DNA from: Antedon mediterranea
Taxonomy: Eukaryota > Animalia > Echinodermata
Assembly (NCBI RefSeq): GCF_964355755.1
Contig: NC_092672.1
Coordinates: 2,604,001-2,668,000, forward strand
DNA length: 64,000 nt
Direction of reading: 5' to 3'
How positions within the stretch are numbered: the first letter of the stretch is position 1; every line of letters begins with the position of its first letter. Made by a program: the position numbers and the translations under genes. The notes beneath the pieces are model-generated. The model had not been told where the DNA came from. It did not search any database and saw only the letters and a program-made list of their open reading frames with translations. This document shows positions 26,801-41,800 of this stretch, one piece after another.

Positions 26801-29800
26801 ATCCTATGTCTAATGAGAATATTACTGTATGTAATTAAAGTATTTTTTCTTTTACAGTACCGTTTCAAAACAAAGGCACATTTCACAGTAAAAGAACATG
26901 GTAAGTATAGTATAGGATTATATAGATGTTTTTGATAAAATCAGCTGAACTTTGGATTGGCTAACTGTAAGCTGCAATATTATTTATGGATAATAATTTA
27001 CACACTGTAAACAACACGAGCAGATTTCATATGTTACAATACATTTATAACTAGTAATATTTCTCAATGATACCTACTATAGATATATCAACTATTAATA
27101 CATAGACGTACTGTACAGTTTATCTCACTAACGAGTAAAGCTCTGTTTACACTCTCAAACTTGTGTGATGCTCCCAAATATGATAGTGATATGGCCATAT
27201 TCAAATTCAAATGTATTCACCTCCCTTAGGAGAACCATATATAAAACTGTACAGCTAAATTAAACACATCAAAATGATGATTCACTCACATAAAGTTTGA
27301 TAGTGTAGACAGAGCTTTAGCTAAGATATGTTTTTTTGCAGATTTTTGAATAAAACTTTTCGAAGTAGATTAAACATCATTAAAGATGTATTGTCAACAA
27401 AAATTAAGATTAATTAAATCAGACTTTGAATAGGCCATTTTGTAATTTAAAAAAAGTTAATCACTTCCGTGGAAAAAACAAAACAAAAAAATGTTTTCAC
27501 TTATAAAATGACAAAATAAATAGTTAAATTCAATCATAATTAGGTATGTGACATTAAAGTAGCTTATTCAACCAAAAAAAATTACAAAATTGTTTTTCAG
27601 GGGGACAACGTAAATCTTTAAAATTTAATACAAAATTGAAATGAGTGAATGCATAGGAAATATTTAGTAGTGTGTTTTGGGCTTAACATACACTCAGAAC
27701 CAACTTGTATCTGAATTATTACTTTGGCTGTGAACATATAAAAGTTTTAAAATGACAAATGTATTTTGTATCAACTTATTGCATACTACACATTCAACAG
27801 GAAGTTGTATAAATGTCATTAATGTGACACAAATCATTTCGTTTAACGTTTCTCTTGCGCCAGGCTTACACGCAATATCCTCCGACAATTTAAGGTGCAA
27901 GGGAGAAAGAAGAAATAAATGATTTAGTAAAAACAGGAAAATAGATAATGTTAGATTACGAGACTTAAAACTAAACTTAAATTTATAAAATATTAGATTT
28001 AATTTTTACTGGATTACCCATCTCTTCATTTGATTAAAGTGTATACTGTATATTTTGATTTTACTATTTGTGAAATTTTATTTAATTGGTTATTTTCTTG
28101 AAGATGTATTGTCCCCCAAATAAATAAAAATGAAGAATAATTAAATCAGACTTTAAATAAGTTATTTTGTAGTTTTTAATAAAGTTAATCACTTCCAAAG
28201 GAAAAAAAAATGTTTTCACTTATAAAATGACAAAATAAATGGTTAAATTCAACCAAAACCAATTGGCTGGCAGTCAATTTGACTATTTTTTGCTTTAAAT
28301 TACAGTTTTTTAAGGTAAATAATATTTGTTTTCGATAACATTTTTGGTCAAAGTGGATTAACTATTATGTGTAATTAAACTGCATATTCAACAAAAAAAA
28401 GAACATTTTTTTCAGGGGGAAAATACATTTCAATAAAAGGATTGTTTGTTTCTATTCAGCATAATTAACATTTATTCATCAAGCTATCCTCTCAATCACA
28501 AGGTCCTAGGTTCAATCCTAACCTACAGTAGTTCCAGGGTTGTATTTTAATATCTGTGTGTCCCTTTTTTCTAGTTTTACCAAAATTCAATGTCAAGATT
28601 TCAGCTGATGAATATATTCTATCAAGCACGGATAAGATTGCTGTTGGTATCAACGCAAAGTAAGTATACTCTTCTTACAGTACTCTTTTACACATTTTCA
28701 GGCTGCCATTTAACAAGTTACGGAAAATTGGTCCTGTTTCTGCGGCCATGGAAATTAGGGTTAATTATTTTTCGCAGCAGAAAGCAGGATCTAAGTAAAA
28801 AATAAGCAATTAAATATTAAAGTGTAAACATATTAAACCAATCTATGGTTCTACGACTTGTAAGGTTGAACGCACAGACAGTATTTATCCATATAGTGTT
28901 TTGTGACACTTGGCTTAACTTCCCAACTTATAGTTATGAGCTTGCCAAAATATAATCATACAAAGAATCGTTTAATATAACATTTGACAAATGTCTATGA
29001 TCGGTAATTAATTTGGCTCCAAATTGTTAATATAGTCAATTTAAATTCAAATTGAAATTACTAATGATTTCATTTTGTAGTCTTTTTTTGGTTAAAATTT
29101 TTTTAAAGTGCATGTTTAGGATATGTTTAATTTAAGTTAGTCACTCCATATTTATAATACTCTATATTTTAATACTAAAAATTCTACAATAAATTAAACC
29201 TTATGTCACAAAACCAAAAAAAACCAAAAAACAGTTCCATTTTTTCTACCAATTTTGATTCAGTCACACTTTTATTGGTAAATAACCATTTCAATTCAAA
29301 GTATTAAACAAGTAAACTAACACTTTAAAAAATTAACTTTTATTTATTTTAAAAGGTACCCTTATGGTAAAAGTGTCAATGGACGCTTGAGTCTAAGAGT
29401 TGGTATACAGGACATTGACAAGACAATAGTGAAGATTCACACAGAAATTGACTTTACTGAGGTATGTATAATAGGTCAGGGAATCTTGTAATTTAATATC
29501 ATGATCAATATACATTAAAAAAAATAACAAACAATAGAATGATAATGAAATCATTGTTAATTATGAATAAAACACAATATAAAACTAATCTAATTGATTG
29601 CCAAGTATACCTGGATAAACCAACAATAGCCTGTGCTCTTCCAATGAGAAGCTATGATATGAAATGATAAAAGTTTCTTAAACATCCCTCTACATATAAT
29701 GGGGTGATCCGTTAACCACACCCTTACAAGAGCACACCTTAGCATACCACCGATATTTCTTACTTTTTACCAACATCATGTTGGGATCGTGTCAAAATGA

Positions 29801-32800
29801 TTCTACTGCAGTTACTGCAGTAACTACATTTATTACTGCAGTAATTACATTTATTACTGCAATATGATTTTCGTTAGGCAGTAATACCATTGAACAATAT
29901 ATATGATTACCCAAAGAGCTTGCTAAATAGTTGCATAAACAGGTTTAAGAGTAATAAAATGTAATTACTGCAGTAATTGCCGCACAGGTGCAGACGTCCT
30001 CATTCAGTTACTTATTTTAGATGAAACATATATTTATTGATTTTCATCTTATTGATTAGTTACTGCAAAATCAATCGAAAGGAGTTTTTAATCATCAAAA
30101 TAGACTTCAGGTAAAAGGATATGAAAGTGCATAATAATCATTATTATTATTGTTTTTAAAAAAAAGCGCTTTAATCAGTTTTTGTTTTGCATATTAACAA
30201 ACATTAACAAATTATATGTTATTTTCAGAAAAAACGCATTGAAGTGTAAAATTTATACAAATTATATACATATATATATATATACAACCGCTATGTTAAA
30301 TACCATTTTATGTAATTTTCATAAATTACTAATGATTGTCTCTCTCTCTCCAATAAAATACCAAGTAGATATTAAAGTTGGAAGGATTTAAAATAGGGAC
30401 CAAACGGCTAGACCTTGGCCCATATCATGGTCATTAAATGGAGAGAGAAATCAATATTTTAAACAATATTTTAACCATCATGCTCTTTTGTATTTATGTA
30501 TTATTTATGATTATAATATTTATATTATATGTTTGTTGATTTTTTTTGCAAATGTGTGTATTTTATTTTGAAAAGTGCAAAAAAAGCTAATTTTTATGTC
30601 TCAACTTTCCCAAACCTGAACATGATTGGATGGCCAAAAAGTTTCATTTTTCTAAATGTATTTTAACCGTATAAAATTTGTTTATGATGTTTTTTGACCA
30701 CAAACAAATTCTGGTGCTTGTAAAGATTTGTTTTTAGTGGGTCAGGTATGGAATTAGAATTGGGTAGAATTACTAAAAAAATGCTTAAAAACTTATTTAA
30801 AATGTGTTTTTTTCTCTAGAAGGCCATTCAGATGATCAGTTTAAATGAAATCTTTGAAACAAACTGGTTTGAACTCTTTCTTGGGAAGTATGTGTACCTC
30901 GAAGCGCGAGTTATTGAAGCCGCAACAGGAATCATGGAAAAAATGACGACAGCCATTCCAATTGTTGAGCATAAATATCATTTTGCCGTGGACAATACGC
31001 TGCGATTCTTTAAGAGAGGTTTACCATTTGAAGTTAAGGTAGAATATTGTTTTTTTATTATTTATTATGGATGGATTTTGTGTAGTAAAAATTAGATTAT
31101 GTCTATTATAAAGTATGTAGATACATTAAAAACCAAAACGTTAAAATGAAGTAACTAACGTTAGCTGGTGATGATGACTCCTGAATATTAATATAAGGAA
31201 ATATGTTTGCTTGGGTCTGTCTAATACTGTATGCCTATCTGTCTGTATGTCTGTGTTTATTAGGACATCAAATGAACAGCCACCAATCTGTAAAATAAAT
31301 TTTCCGGTGTCCAGAGAAGGCTTGACTGAATGTAAAACAATGACCATATAAAGCTGTGTCCACACTATCAAACTTTAGTGACATGAAATGTGATGTGCCC
31401 ATATATGGACATGATGATGTCATATCACTACCATATTTGGGCATATCACTACCATGTTTGGGCACATCACACCTTTTTTTGTCAAACTAGTTTGATAGTG
31501 ATAACATCAGATATAAATTATTGTCTTCCAATAAAATACTTTTATTTGTATATAATTGGAGAAAGAAACTATTATTAAACCAATATTGTGATTTATTATT
31601 TTTTTTGTTTGTTGATTTTGATGAAATTTTTTATGTAATATTTATATTTATTTTACATTTAGCAAAGATAAGCAACATTGAAAATAAACTAAAAAATTGA
31701 AAAAAAGTAATTTAATTTCATAACTGTCAATACTGTCATTGATGGTAACAATACTTTTTGTACTATCAGTATTACAAGTTCCTTTTATCACATAATGTTC
31801 TTCCATCCATAGCCTGTAGATAGATCTAATTCCATTTGATGGTCAAGTTAATTGTCAATTAATTAATTTACACTAATTATTTTTTTCATCCTTCAGGCCG
31901 ACGTCCTTCTACCCAGCGGTCAGCCTGTAGATGAAGGAATTCGTGTGCGTGCAAAATGTACATGCATCCTTTCCAACGGCACAAAGGTCAAATTGGCCGC
32001 AGCGAATGACCATGTGGAACATCACCGCACAAATCGTAACGGTCAGATTAATTTCTTTTTCACTGTCCCACTCAACGCAGAGGAAGTGGTAGTTAATGTA
32101 AGTAAATTTTATTATTAATTATAATTTAATTACGTTAGGCCAAATAAAAAAATATACTTGTTTACTTGACTCTTGACTTTTTTTTCCCTAAAATACTATA
32201 TTTTGATTTTCATGCTACCATTTTAAAATAAACTGACACCAACTCTTTAAAACATGAACAAAGAAAACCATTTAATGCAATAAAATTGTTCCTGTATACC
32301 GGTGATTGTTTAATGTTAGGATTTTATCAGAATCTTTAGTTGTTATTTTGTCATTTAAAAAATTAAAAATCAAAAAAGGCCAGTCCCTTGTGATTTTTTT
32401 AAGCTACTCTTCTTGTTCTTATACTTTTCTCTTTATCTGCCATAGCTTATTACTATCTTCCACCATCATTTTCTTTTTCCTCTCAAACTCTTTTAATGAT
32501 ACTTATTCGTACAGTATAGCGTTTAATGCACAGCTTTTAAACGCTTCACACATATACAGTATGTATGTGTACATAATATATATAATGTGCACACTTGTGC
32601 TTTAACCTGTACCAGGTACCCATTTGTACACCTGGGTAGATTCGAACCCATGATTTCACGATCCAACGTCCAACACATTTTACAAAATGAGAACAAAACA
32701 GGATCAGCATTATTTATCTTATATAATTTCAGTTAACTACAAATGATAACACATTAGCCAGAGTAGATCAGAATGGATTTGTCTTGTTTGAAGCACGACC

Positions 32801-35800
32801 TTACGAATCACCGAACGAAAACTACATGCTGATACGAATATTGCACGAAGACTTCGACAAACTTAGAGTAAGTACCAGGATTTCTTGAAGGGAATTATTG
32901 CGGAATTTTTAGTTATTGCTGTTTGCGTAATAAATTCTTCATTTTCATTCAGGATTAAATTAAGTATAGTCAACTCTTCCAATCTGGGCAAATTTATGGA
33001 AATTTTGGTATTCTGAATGTGTTTTTATGGTTAAAAAGAATTTAAGACTGTTTAGACAAAAAGAAAAAGTCTACTATTGGGAGAGTTTACAGCTTTTGGG
33101 TAGTCTGAGTCGACAGTATTTAAAAAAAAATTGCGTTTCCCTAAACAAAAAATATTTGTTTTTGCTGTTGAATTTTATTTTATCTTACTAAAACATTCCT
33201 ACATTGTAGTAGAAAATATCAAATAGTTTAATGACTCACTGGACTAGACTTTAACATTTGTCGATCAACATGATTTGAGCTTTAAATTTAAAGTGGTTTT
33301 AGTCAACCTGAGACTCAGTTTATTAACATAACTATTGAGTGGACATCAGATTTAAGACGCATAAAGGGTGTTTTCAAAAAGATTGAAAATGACTAATTTT
33401 TTTATTTTGTTGATTAGGTTGCTGTGGGAACTGAGTTACAAGCTCAAGTGATTTTATCAGATTCCAGTTCAGTTCAACGAATTATTCATTACATGGTAAG
33501 TAGACCTACTGTATCACAAAGCCAGACGAATTGGCCTCTATATGTAAGACCATTCGGGCCACCATAGAAGACTAATTGGGCCACCATAGAAGACTATTTG
33601 GGCCACCACAGAAGACTATTTGGGCCACCACAGAAGACTATTTTGGCCACCACAGAAGACTATTAGAATACCATGGAAGACTAAATTAGGTTACAATATC
33701 ATGAAAGGTCATAGGGTTATCATGGAATTGCATTGGGGGCCACCACGGAATCGCTTTAGGGCCATCATAGAAGGCCAATTGGGCCACCATGACATACTAA
33801 TTGTTCTCTGTATAGAAGACCTTTTGGGCCACCACAGAAGATCATTGGACCACCACGGAAGACCATTGGCCCTCCACGAAAACCATTTGAGCAACCATAA
33901 AAGACCAATTGGGCCACCATAAAAATCATGGATTCGTTCCATAGAGAATTGAGATCTAGCCTTGTTGTTTTTCAATAATTCCATTTTTACATCATAACAT
34001 AGTATTTTCACTTTAAAAAATGAGAAGTATTTAAGAATTGATTTATTATGTCAACAAATACAATTCCCCTATGTTTGTTTAAAGTACACTCATACATACA
34101 TTTCACTGTCACCTCTATTATCTACCATGATCTAAATCGCTTCAAACTCTAGGGAAGGGGAGATACCTCAGACTTTTCTCTACTTCATACGGGTCAGCAG
34201 AAATAGAGTACTCCAAAGAAAGACATTGCATGTACAGGCCATGTGATCGAGGCTAGGGACGGTGGGTAATTATAGTAAAGCGTGAGCTCGTTATTATCAG
34301 GAAACGGCTATAATTAACGTCAGATGATCACGTTTACAAATTTACATAAAACAGTGCCCACACCTTTTGTCCTGAATAATATTAATATTAATAATAGCAT
34401 ATGATTATACATGTGTACGTTTATATGTAATATTATCTGAACAGATTTGTAGTGTTTTCTTTCTTTTAAATGCAATAAGTCTCCCACAGGACTTTCAATC
34501 TTATCTAAATCTCTGATATAAAGAAAGTTTGTTTTTAAAATGTTTATTATTCCAAAAGTTTTTTTTTTTCTGGATGTTTTCCCTAATTTATTCTTGTTTT
34601 TGTGAGCACGACATTGAAAAAGACAGAACAAAACATCAAACCAAGCTTGTCATAACTGACAATGTAAAACCTTGAAAACTTCATTTAATTCGATTTCTAT
34701 AAATAAACTATACTATATTTAAGAATATATATTTGAAATTATTTGTAGTTTTGTACAAAAGAAGTTTATAAAATGTCAATAATCTTAAAATCAATAATTT
34801 TAAAGTTGATTTGTTTGATTAAAATAATAATTTTTTTCCTCCATTTTCTCAATTTGAAATTGAAATATGCTGTTAAACAGTGTTATACAATGATTTCTTA
34901 ACCAGATTTATTAATACTGTATTTAAGACATGTAATAAGACTTTGTTTATGTAGAGCATCTTGTGTACATGTTTTTGTCTTGTGAAACCCTGATGGTTCC
35001 TAATGATCAGCAATTGCTCATTAAATATGGTAAAACAAAACAAAAATGCCCTTATAGAACATTTTTGGAATACATGCCCCTTGAATAAAGGCCCATATTC
35101 GAATAAATACGGTATATTTTTCTACAATTATCATTTCAGGTCATAGCAAGAAATAAAGTAATGGCACAAAATACGATTGAAAGCATGTTAAACGAGCCTG
35201 TGAACTTACCAGTCTTTGTTACTAATGACCTCGTACCTTTTGTGCGCATTGTTGCGTTTTACATCGATGAAAACCAAGATGTTGTTGCTGATTCTATCAT
35301 ACTCGAAGTTGAAAACGTTTGTGAAAATACAGTACGTTTGTTTCTTATTTTTGTTTGTTTCTTTTTTTCCTCTACATTAAGTAATTTGCCAATAACAAAT
35401 AATGGATAAAGTATATCTTATCTTTATATCACTTTAAACTATAAGTTTAGGGTTAGGGAGTGGAGTAGATGAGTGATGAGTTAAACCTTGGCATTGTGTC
35501 AGCATTGAACCCAGAGTCTTAGGTTTGGAAGACCAACCACCAACCTTAGCTCCACCTTAGGAATTATCTTTAATTTCATTAATACTACATTTTTCTTTGT
35601 CAATCTCTTTCTTCTCTTAGTCCTTCCTACAGCATTGTCTTTTGAACTTCATCTCGTTGTCCTTCCTTAAAGCCTGTTTTCCTGTCGACGTTATTCGACG
35701 CTATCTTCGTTGATCGTTAACAAACGATCAAGTTGAAATGATACCGATAGCGAGTACCTTTTTCTGTAAATCGTTAACATTTTAATGTTAACGATAGCGT

Positions 35801-38800
35801 CGACAGGAAACCAGGCTTTAAGTGTTGTCTGCTAAATTTTGAACTGTTTACTTTATACAACTTCTTTTGATATTAGGTCAGTATATCTGTTATAGATAAT
35901 GGAAACTCTATCAAACCAAATAAGGATATCACGTTAATTGTTGATGGTAAACCATCTACTCGCGTTGGTCTCATGGCGGTCGATAAGTCGGTCTACAACT
36001 TGGAGAATTACGAACGATTGAGCAAAGAAAAAGTAAGTTGACATTTCTATCACAAGTTTAGTGTATTCAAATGAATGTAATGGCTACCACACCTGTAATT
36101 AAATGTTTGTCTTATTAGTGGTAGTATACCTGTGCAATCTAATTTTGGGGGAGGATATACCCCAGGGTAGGCTTAATAGTAAACATGATCAACAATATTT
36201 GTAAGTAAATAAGGTTTGCATTTACTTTACTTACAGTACTTGTTACTTGTTTGCATAGCTATCCCCATTATTGGGGACATTTCGCCGTCATTGACATTAT
36301 GTTGACATAGCACAACAATGAGAGACATTAATTTTGATGAGAAGGTCATGGAACACTAATTAATTAAAAAACTAAAAACCTGGAAATTTAGAAATTGTGA
36401 TCTATTAAAAAAGAAAGTACAACTATGTTACATTTTGGTTCATTTATAGTGTTCTGTTTCTACTAACTAGGCAAAAATTGATTCAAACATTTATGAAGAC
36501 ATTAAAAACGTGTTCATATTAAATTTTAGCTCTTTAAGAAAATGCGAGGGTTTGATCTTGGATGTGGTCCAGGAGGCGGAAGCAGTACCGAGGATGTGTT
36601 TGAACGGGCTGGCATTACTGTTATTACTAATGCAAACTTAAACGTACAGCGAAGAGAAGGTAAAGCTTATTTTTTTCCTACAAAATTACGTGCCAAATTT
36701 TCAAGCTCTGTCTACACTATCAAACTTTATGTGATAAAAAAATGTGATGTGTCCATATATAGACATGATGATGTCACATCACTACTATATTGGGTATATC
36801 ACATATGGACATGATGATCAGTCAATCAATCGTTTGATTTATATAGCGTCATTCCAACATTCATATCACTACCATATTTGGTCACATTTTTTATCAAACT
36901 AGTTGATAGTGTAGATAGAGCTTTAGATGAATTTTTGTTTATAAGGTAGAGTAAGTGGCTCTTGGGTATATTTTAATCATTTTGATCTTCCAATATTTTT
37001 ACAGGATTGGACTGCCCTATTGCTGCCAGCAGACGTAGAAGAAGCATCTATGATGATGGTAAGTAACATTTTTCAATACGGTTATACCAACGTCATCTTA
37101 GATTATAACCAACATCCTTTATTTGTAAACTTTTAAAATTAAACACTCCGAAAAAAGTGGAATTATGTATTTTTCATATTTAAAAAATCTGTAAAATGCT
37201 TATAAATACTACAGAACTAAATGAAGAATTACAAGAGATGTGCAACAAAGGACGACAGAAAGCAACTTCAAAATCTTGCGATGATGCTGCAGCGAAAATT
37301 GCTGAAAAGAAGCTGCTCAGTGTAGAAGATAAATTAATCAAACGATTTTACAACTGCTGTGTGGAGGAAGTAAACTCAAACTTGGTGAAATCAACGAGAC
37401 AGTCCACTGTTACTGTTGACAAAAATGATTTTGAATCAAGAACAGAATTCCCAGAAAGGTGGTTGTTTGAGGAAATTGAAATCGGGTGAGTATACAGCTC
37501 TATCTACACTAGTTGACACAAAAAGTGCGATGTGCCCAAATATGGTAGTGATATGCTCAAATATGGTGGTGATATGACATCATCATGTCCATATATGGGC
37601 ACATCACATTTTTGTTACATAAAGTTTGATAGTGTAGAAGACAGAGCTCTATAAAATACAACTTGCCCAAATTCCGATATTTCTAAAAGCTTAAATACAT
37701 TTAACTTTAATAATTTGGCCAGCACTGTGGGTCAGTTTGACTTTGTATAGCATTATATACACACACTTGTTTCAATTGTAAGCCCACTACATGTTAGCTA
37801 TAAGCCCATCTCTATGATTGGGGTTATATTTGAGCCAGTTTGGTATACTGTACAGTGTGTATTTTATAAATAGGGGTAAACATTGGTTTTGGTGAATCAT
37901 TATTTAAAAGTGATCACATTTTATTTGAACCATTCGTTTACATTTAGCTATGAAACCCTAGTGAATATCTTGACCCTAACAGCTTTATTCAGTGTACACA
38001 CGCTGCATACATGACAACAACCCCTAACCGTACACCAATTAATATTTAATGATAAGATCATTAAAACATTACACAAAACCCAGGTGAATTGCATGACCCC
38101 AAACAGTCTGAATGACTCATAACATTTTTCTTAGCATCATTTCTTAGTTTCTCTTTACAATCTATGCTAAAAAACTTCATTCTATTTGTTGATCACATTT
38201 TTTTGCTTTGAAAGCTTAATCTAAACTTTGAATAGATAAAAATAAAATAATTTGAAAAGCAATTAATTCATAAATAAATAAATTCAAATTATTCTACTGC
38301 AGTAACTATATTTTTCTGCACATAATGCATGATTTTAGTTTGTTTTAATGTAGAGGTTTATTAGGCAGTATGATTATCCAAAAATAACTTGCTATTGTAT
38401 AAACAGGTTAATAAAGAGTAAACAAGGGGTATTACTGCAATAAATGCAGTAGAATACTGTAACTTTGACATGTTTCTTTAACTTTATATTCATTTAAACT
38501 AATACATATTGTCGGTTTTTATTACTCTATTCGCTTTAAAAATTAAGTTAAATTAAGATTTTATCATTACTAAACAGGGTTTTTATTTTTTTTTATCAAC
38601 AGGGAGAATGGCTTTGAACAATTAACACTAACAACACCGGGCAGTATTACGACATGGTTCGTCCATGGAACCGGTATCTCAAATGATGTCGCCCTCTGTG
38701 TTGCTGACCCCTTAGAGGTCAAGGTATTCAAGCCATTCTTTATGAAACTAGATTTACCTTACTCGGTCATCAGTGGAGAACGTGTTCACATTCAGGTGGT

Positions 38801-41800
38801 TCTTTACAACTATGTGGAAGAAGATTTTGAGGTAAGTAATGATGAAGATGATAATGATATGGATATTGTTTCAATCAGTTCCTGATGGACTCCAAAATAG
38901 ACCTCCATTCCTTCCTATCATGTTAATGTATTTATGGTGCATTAAATGTTGTCTCAATGCGCTGTGAACTTAGATGTTACACTTTTCAACTACACGCTTC
39001 TTCTGTAAATTTTGTGTACACTGGACCTACAGTTTATAATCATTATCCGGAAAATTCATTCTACCACCAGAACAGTTGGAGTGAGTGAGATTCGAACCCT
39101 TGCTTCCGATATTATGGGTATGGGTTACGGTTCCATTATCTTAACCGTTCGGCCACAAATATCTTAAACAGTGTTGTCTGTATCCTTTCGACCATCTAAA
39201 GCTAATATTCTTTTGTCAGGTTTCAAACCCTAAGCAAGATACAGTAGGCTATGCAATTGTAAACTTTTGAACATTATTATATGCAATTATTTTTCTTTAT
39301 CTGTTTATTATTATTTTTAATGATGATATGCAAATTATTGTTTTATACATTGCATAATGACAATATCTTACCGGTTTCAACAATTGTCTAGATTCACTAA
39401 TGTAAAATTTAAATCCTTTTTGTTTGCTTGTTTAGGTCGATGTGTTTATGTTTGGTGTTACAGGAGTTTGTTTGTCTGATTCTTCTGATGAAGACACACA
39501 GTCGCAGTCGGTCACTCTGAAAGGAAACGATCAAGCACTTGTTGCATTTATCATTGTGCCTATGTTAAGCGGATCCTTTGACATTACAGTGGGAGCTATT
39601 GCGACAAGTTCCACTAGAGAAGAGAGAGATTCTGTCGTCAGGAATCTCAAAGTTATTGTAAGTTCTTGGTTCAACTGGAGTCAGGTTTTTGAAGCTTTGG
39701 AAAAAAATATTATACAAATTAAATGAATATTCATGAGTTATAGATGGTGAGAATATTTCAAGACTTAAAAGATTGGCTGCTATATTTAACAAGGAAGTTT
39801 TTTAATTTATTGGTTTAATTTTTTATCCACCTTTCATTTTGTGTAAATGTTAAATAAATTGGATTTGATGTTCATAAACTACGACAGCATCGTACGACGA
39901 GGCCCGACGAAGCGGCTTGATCGTCGGTGCTGTCGTAGTTGATTCCCAACGAGACGAGTCATTTTGAGATAGTGTTGTGCGTAGTTTTTGTGTCGTTGCG
40001 ATAATATGTTTAATTTTTTCTCGAAGAGTCGTACGATTCTGTTGGACCTCATTGTACGACACTGTCTAAGTTGGCCTTTACAAGGGCTTATCAGAGTTTG
40101 CATAGTAGAACATTAAAACTTAAAATCAACAAATATATTTTTATCACAGCCTGATGGGTTGCATCATATGTCAACGTTGTCATTGATACTAGATCCATCA
40201 AATTCTGTCAAGAGTGCTCCTTATGAGGAAGATGGTATCTTTAAACACACTCATATAGGTAAGATATTTGTTTATATTGGAGGGTGGTGATGGTGATAAG
40301 CAAACGAAAACGAAAGAACGACTGGTGATGATTGTTAATTTATGATGTCAATGATGGTCCTGTTGATGAGGATAATGATGACTACGGGGTGTGTGTGTGT
40401 CGGGGTACACCTTTATGATCAATCTTTATTCAAGTAAAAAAGTAGTGTATACCAATGTCAACAACAAGTCAATGACTACCGAATGTCTTAAGAAGAAGAT
40501 TCGAAAACAAATCACAAATGCAAGTAAACAAAGTTATGATGATTAAGTTGATGCATGATGGAGTTATTGATATACAGTTTATACACACCACATATATTTA
40601 GTTCTGGAAATAAGAACTGTTGAGTTTCTTGACATTTTGATCAATATACTAGGAGTGAGAATTCTGAAAATACAGTATAAGTGAAATAGGGTGGGACTGG
40701 TGTGAAAGCTAGAAACAATAGCAAGTTCACACCGTGTGAGGAATTGATACTATAGCTATAGAAGAGCATTGTTCCTCATGAACAATGATGAATGGAAACG
40801 GCTAAAGAAGAGCATTGTTTCTGAGAGGTGTGAACAGGAGTCTTAATATTAAAAAGGTGGTGCAAATGTTTAATAAATATTGTTTGAAATTAATCGAGCA
40901 TTATTTATAATAGTTGACATTTTGTTGATGATATATGGAATGTTTTTTTTTTAAATAGCAAGTGAATCAGGCATTCCTCAAGGAGATGTCGTGACAATCA
41001 GTCTTCCTTCTGATGTTGTTAAAGGGTCAGATACTCTAATACTCAAATTAACAGGTATGTGTCATATCATTGTACTTACTCTAAAGCTCTGTCTACTATC
41101 ATCAAACTAGTTTGACAAAAAAAGTGTGATGTGACCATGTGATGTGATGGGCACATCACATATTTTGTCACATAAAGTTTGATGGTGTATAGACAAAGCT
41201 TTAGGTGTGTGCTGTACAATGTAACTACAGTGAGTAGTAATAAAGTGGTGGCTAGTAACAGTCATCAGTAATACTTGGTTCTTGTCCCGATTCATTAGTA
41301 CGTAAACACAGTGTAAGTGGGTTGACCAATCACAAGCAATGGTTTATTCAAACTGTTGCTTGTCATTGGTCATTTGTTTGCGCTGCTTCTACATACTTGC
41401 ATTGCGTCTCTAGTTGGACCCAACCTTAACTAAAGCTCTGTCTACACTATCAAACTTTATGTGACAACAAATGTGATTTGCCCATATATGGACACTAGCA
41501 GCATCCGTTTTGTTGGTTGTTGATGTGTTATATATTCTCTGATTTGTCAGTTGATAATAGACTTGACACATATTTTTATTCTGTGATTTTACCTGAAGGT
41601 GACCCTATCGGGCCGACACTTACCACGATAGCTGAGGGTCTGGAAGGAGCGCTAGAACTTCCTACTGCTTGTGGGGAACAGACGCTAATCCAGTTTGCAC
41701 CGCACATTCATGCCTTGTCCTACTTAAATGCTACCGGACAGCTTACCCTGCCTATATATAACCAGGCACAGCGAGTTTTGAAAGAAGGTATGTTTACTTT

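Noticed and set aside
33620-34011. Two 100-aa ORFs on opposite strands
   Set aside because: They overlap the 22-bp minisatellite.
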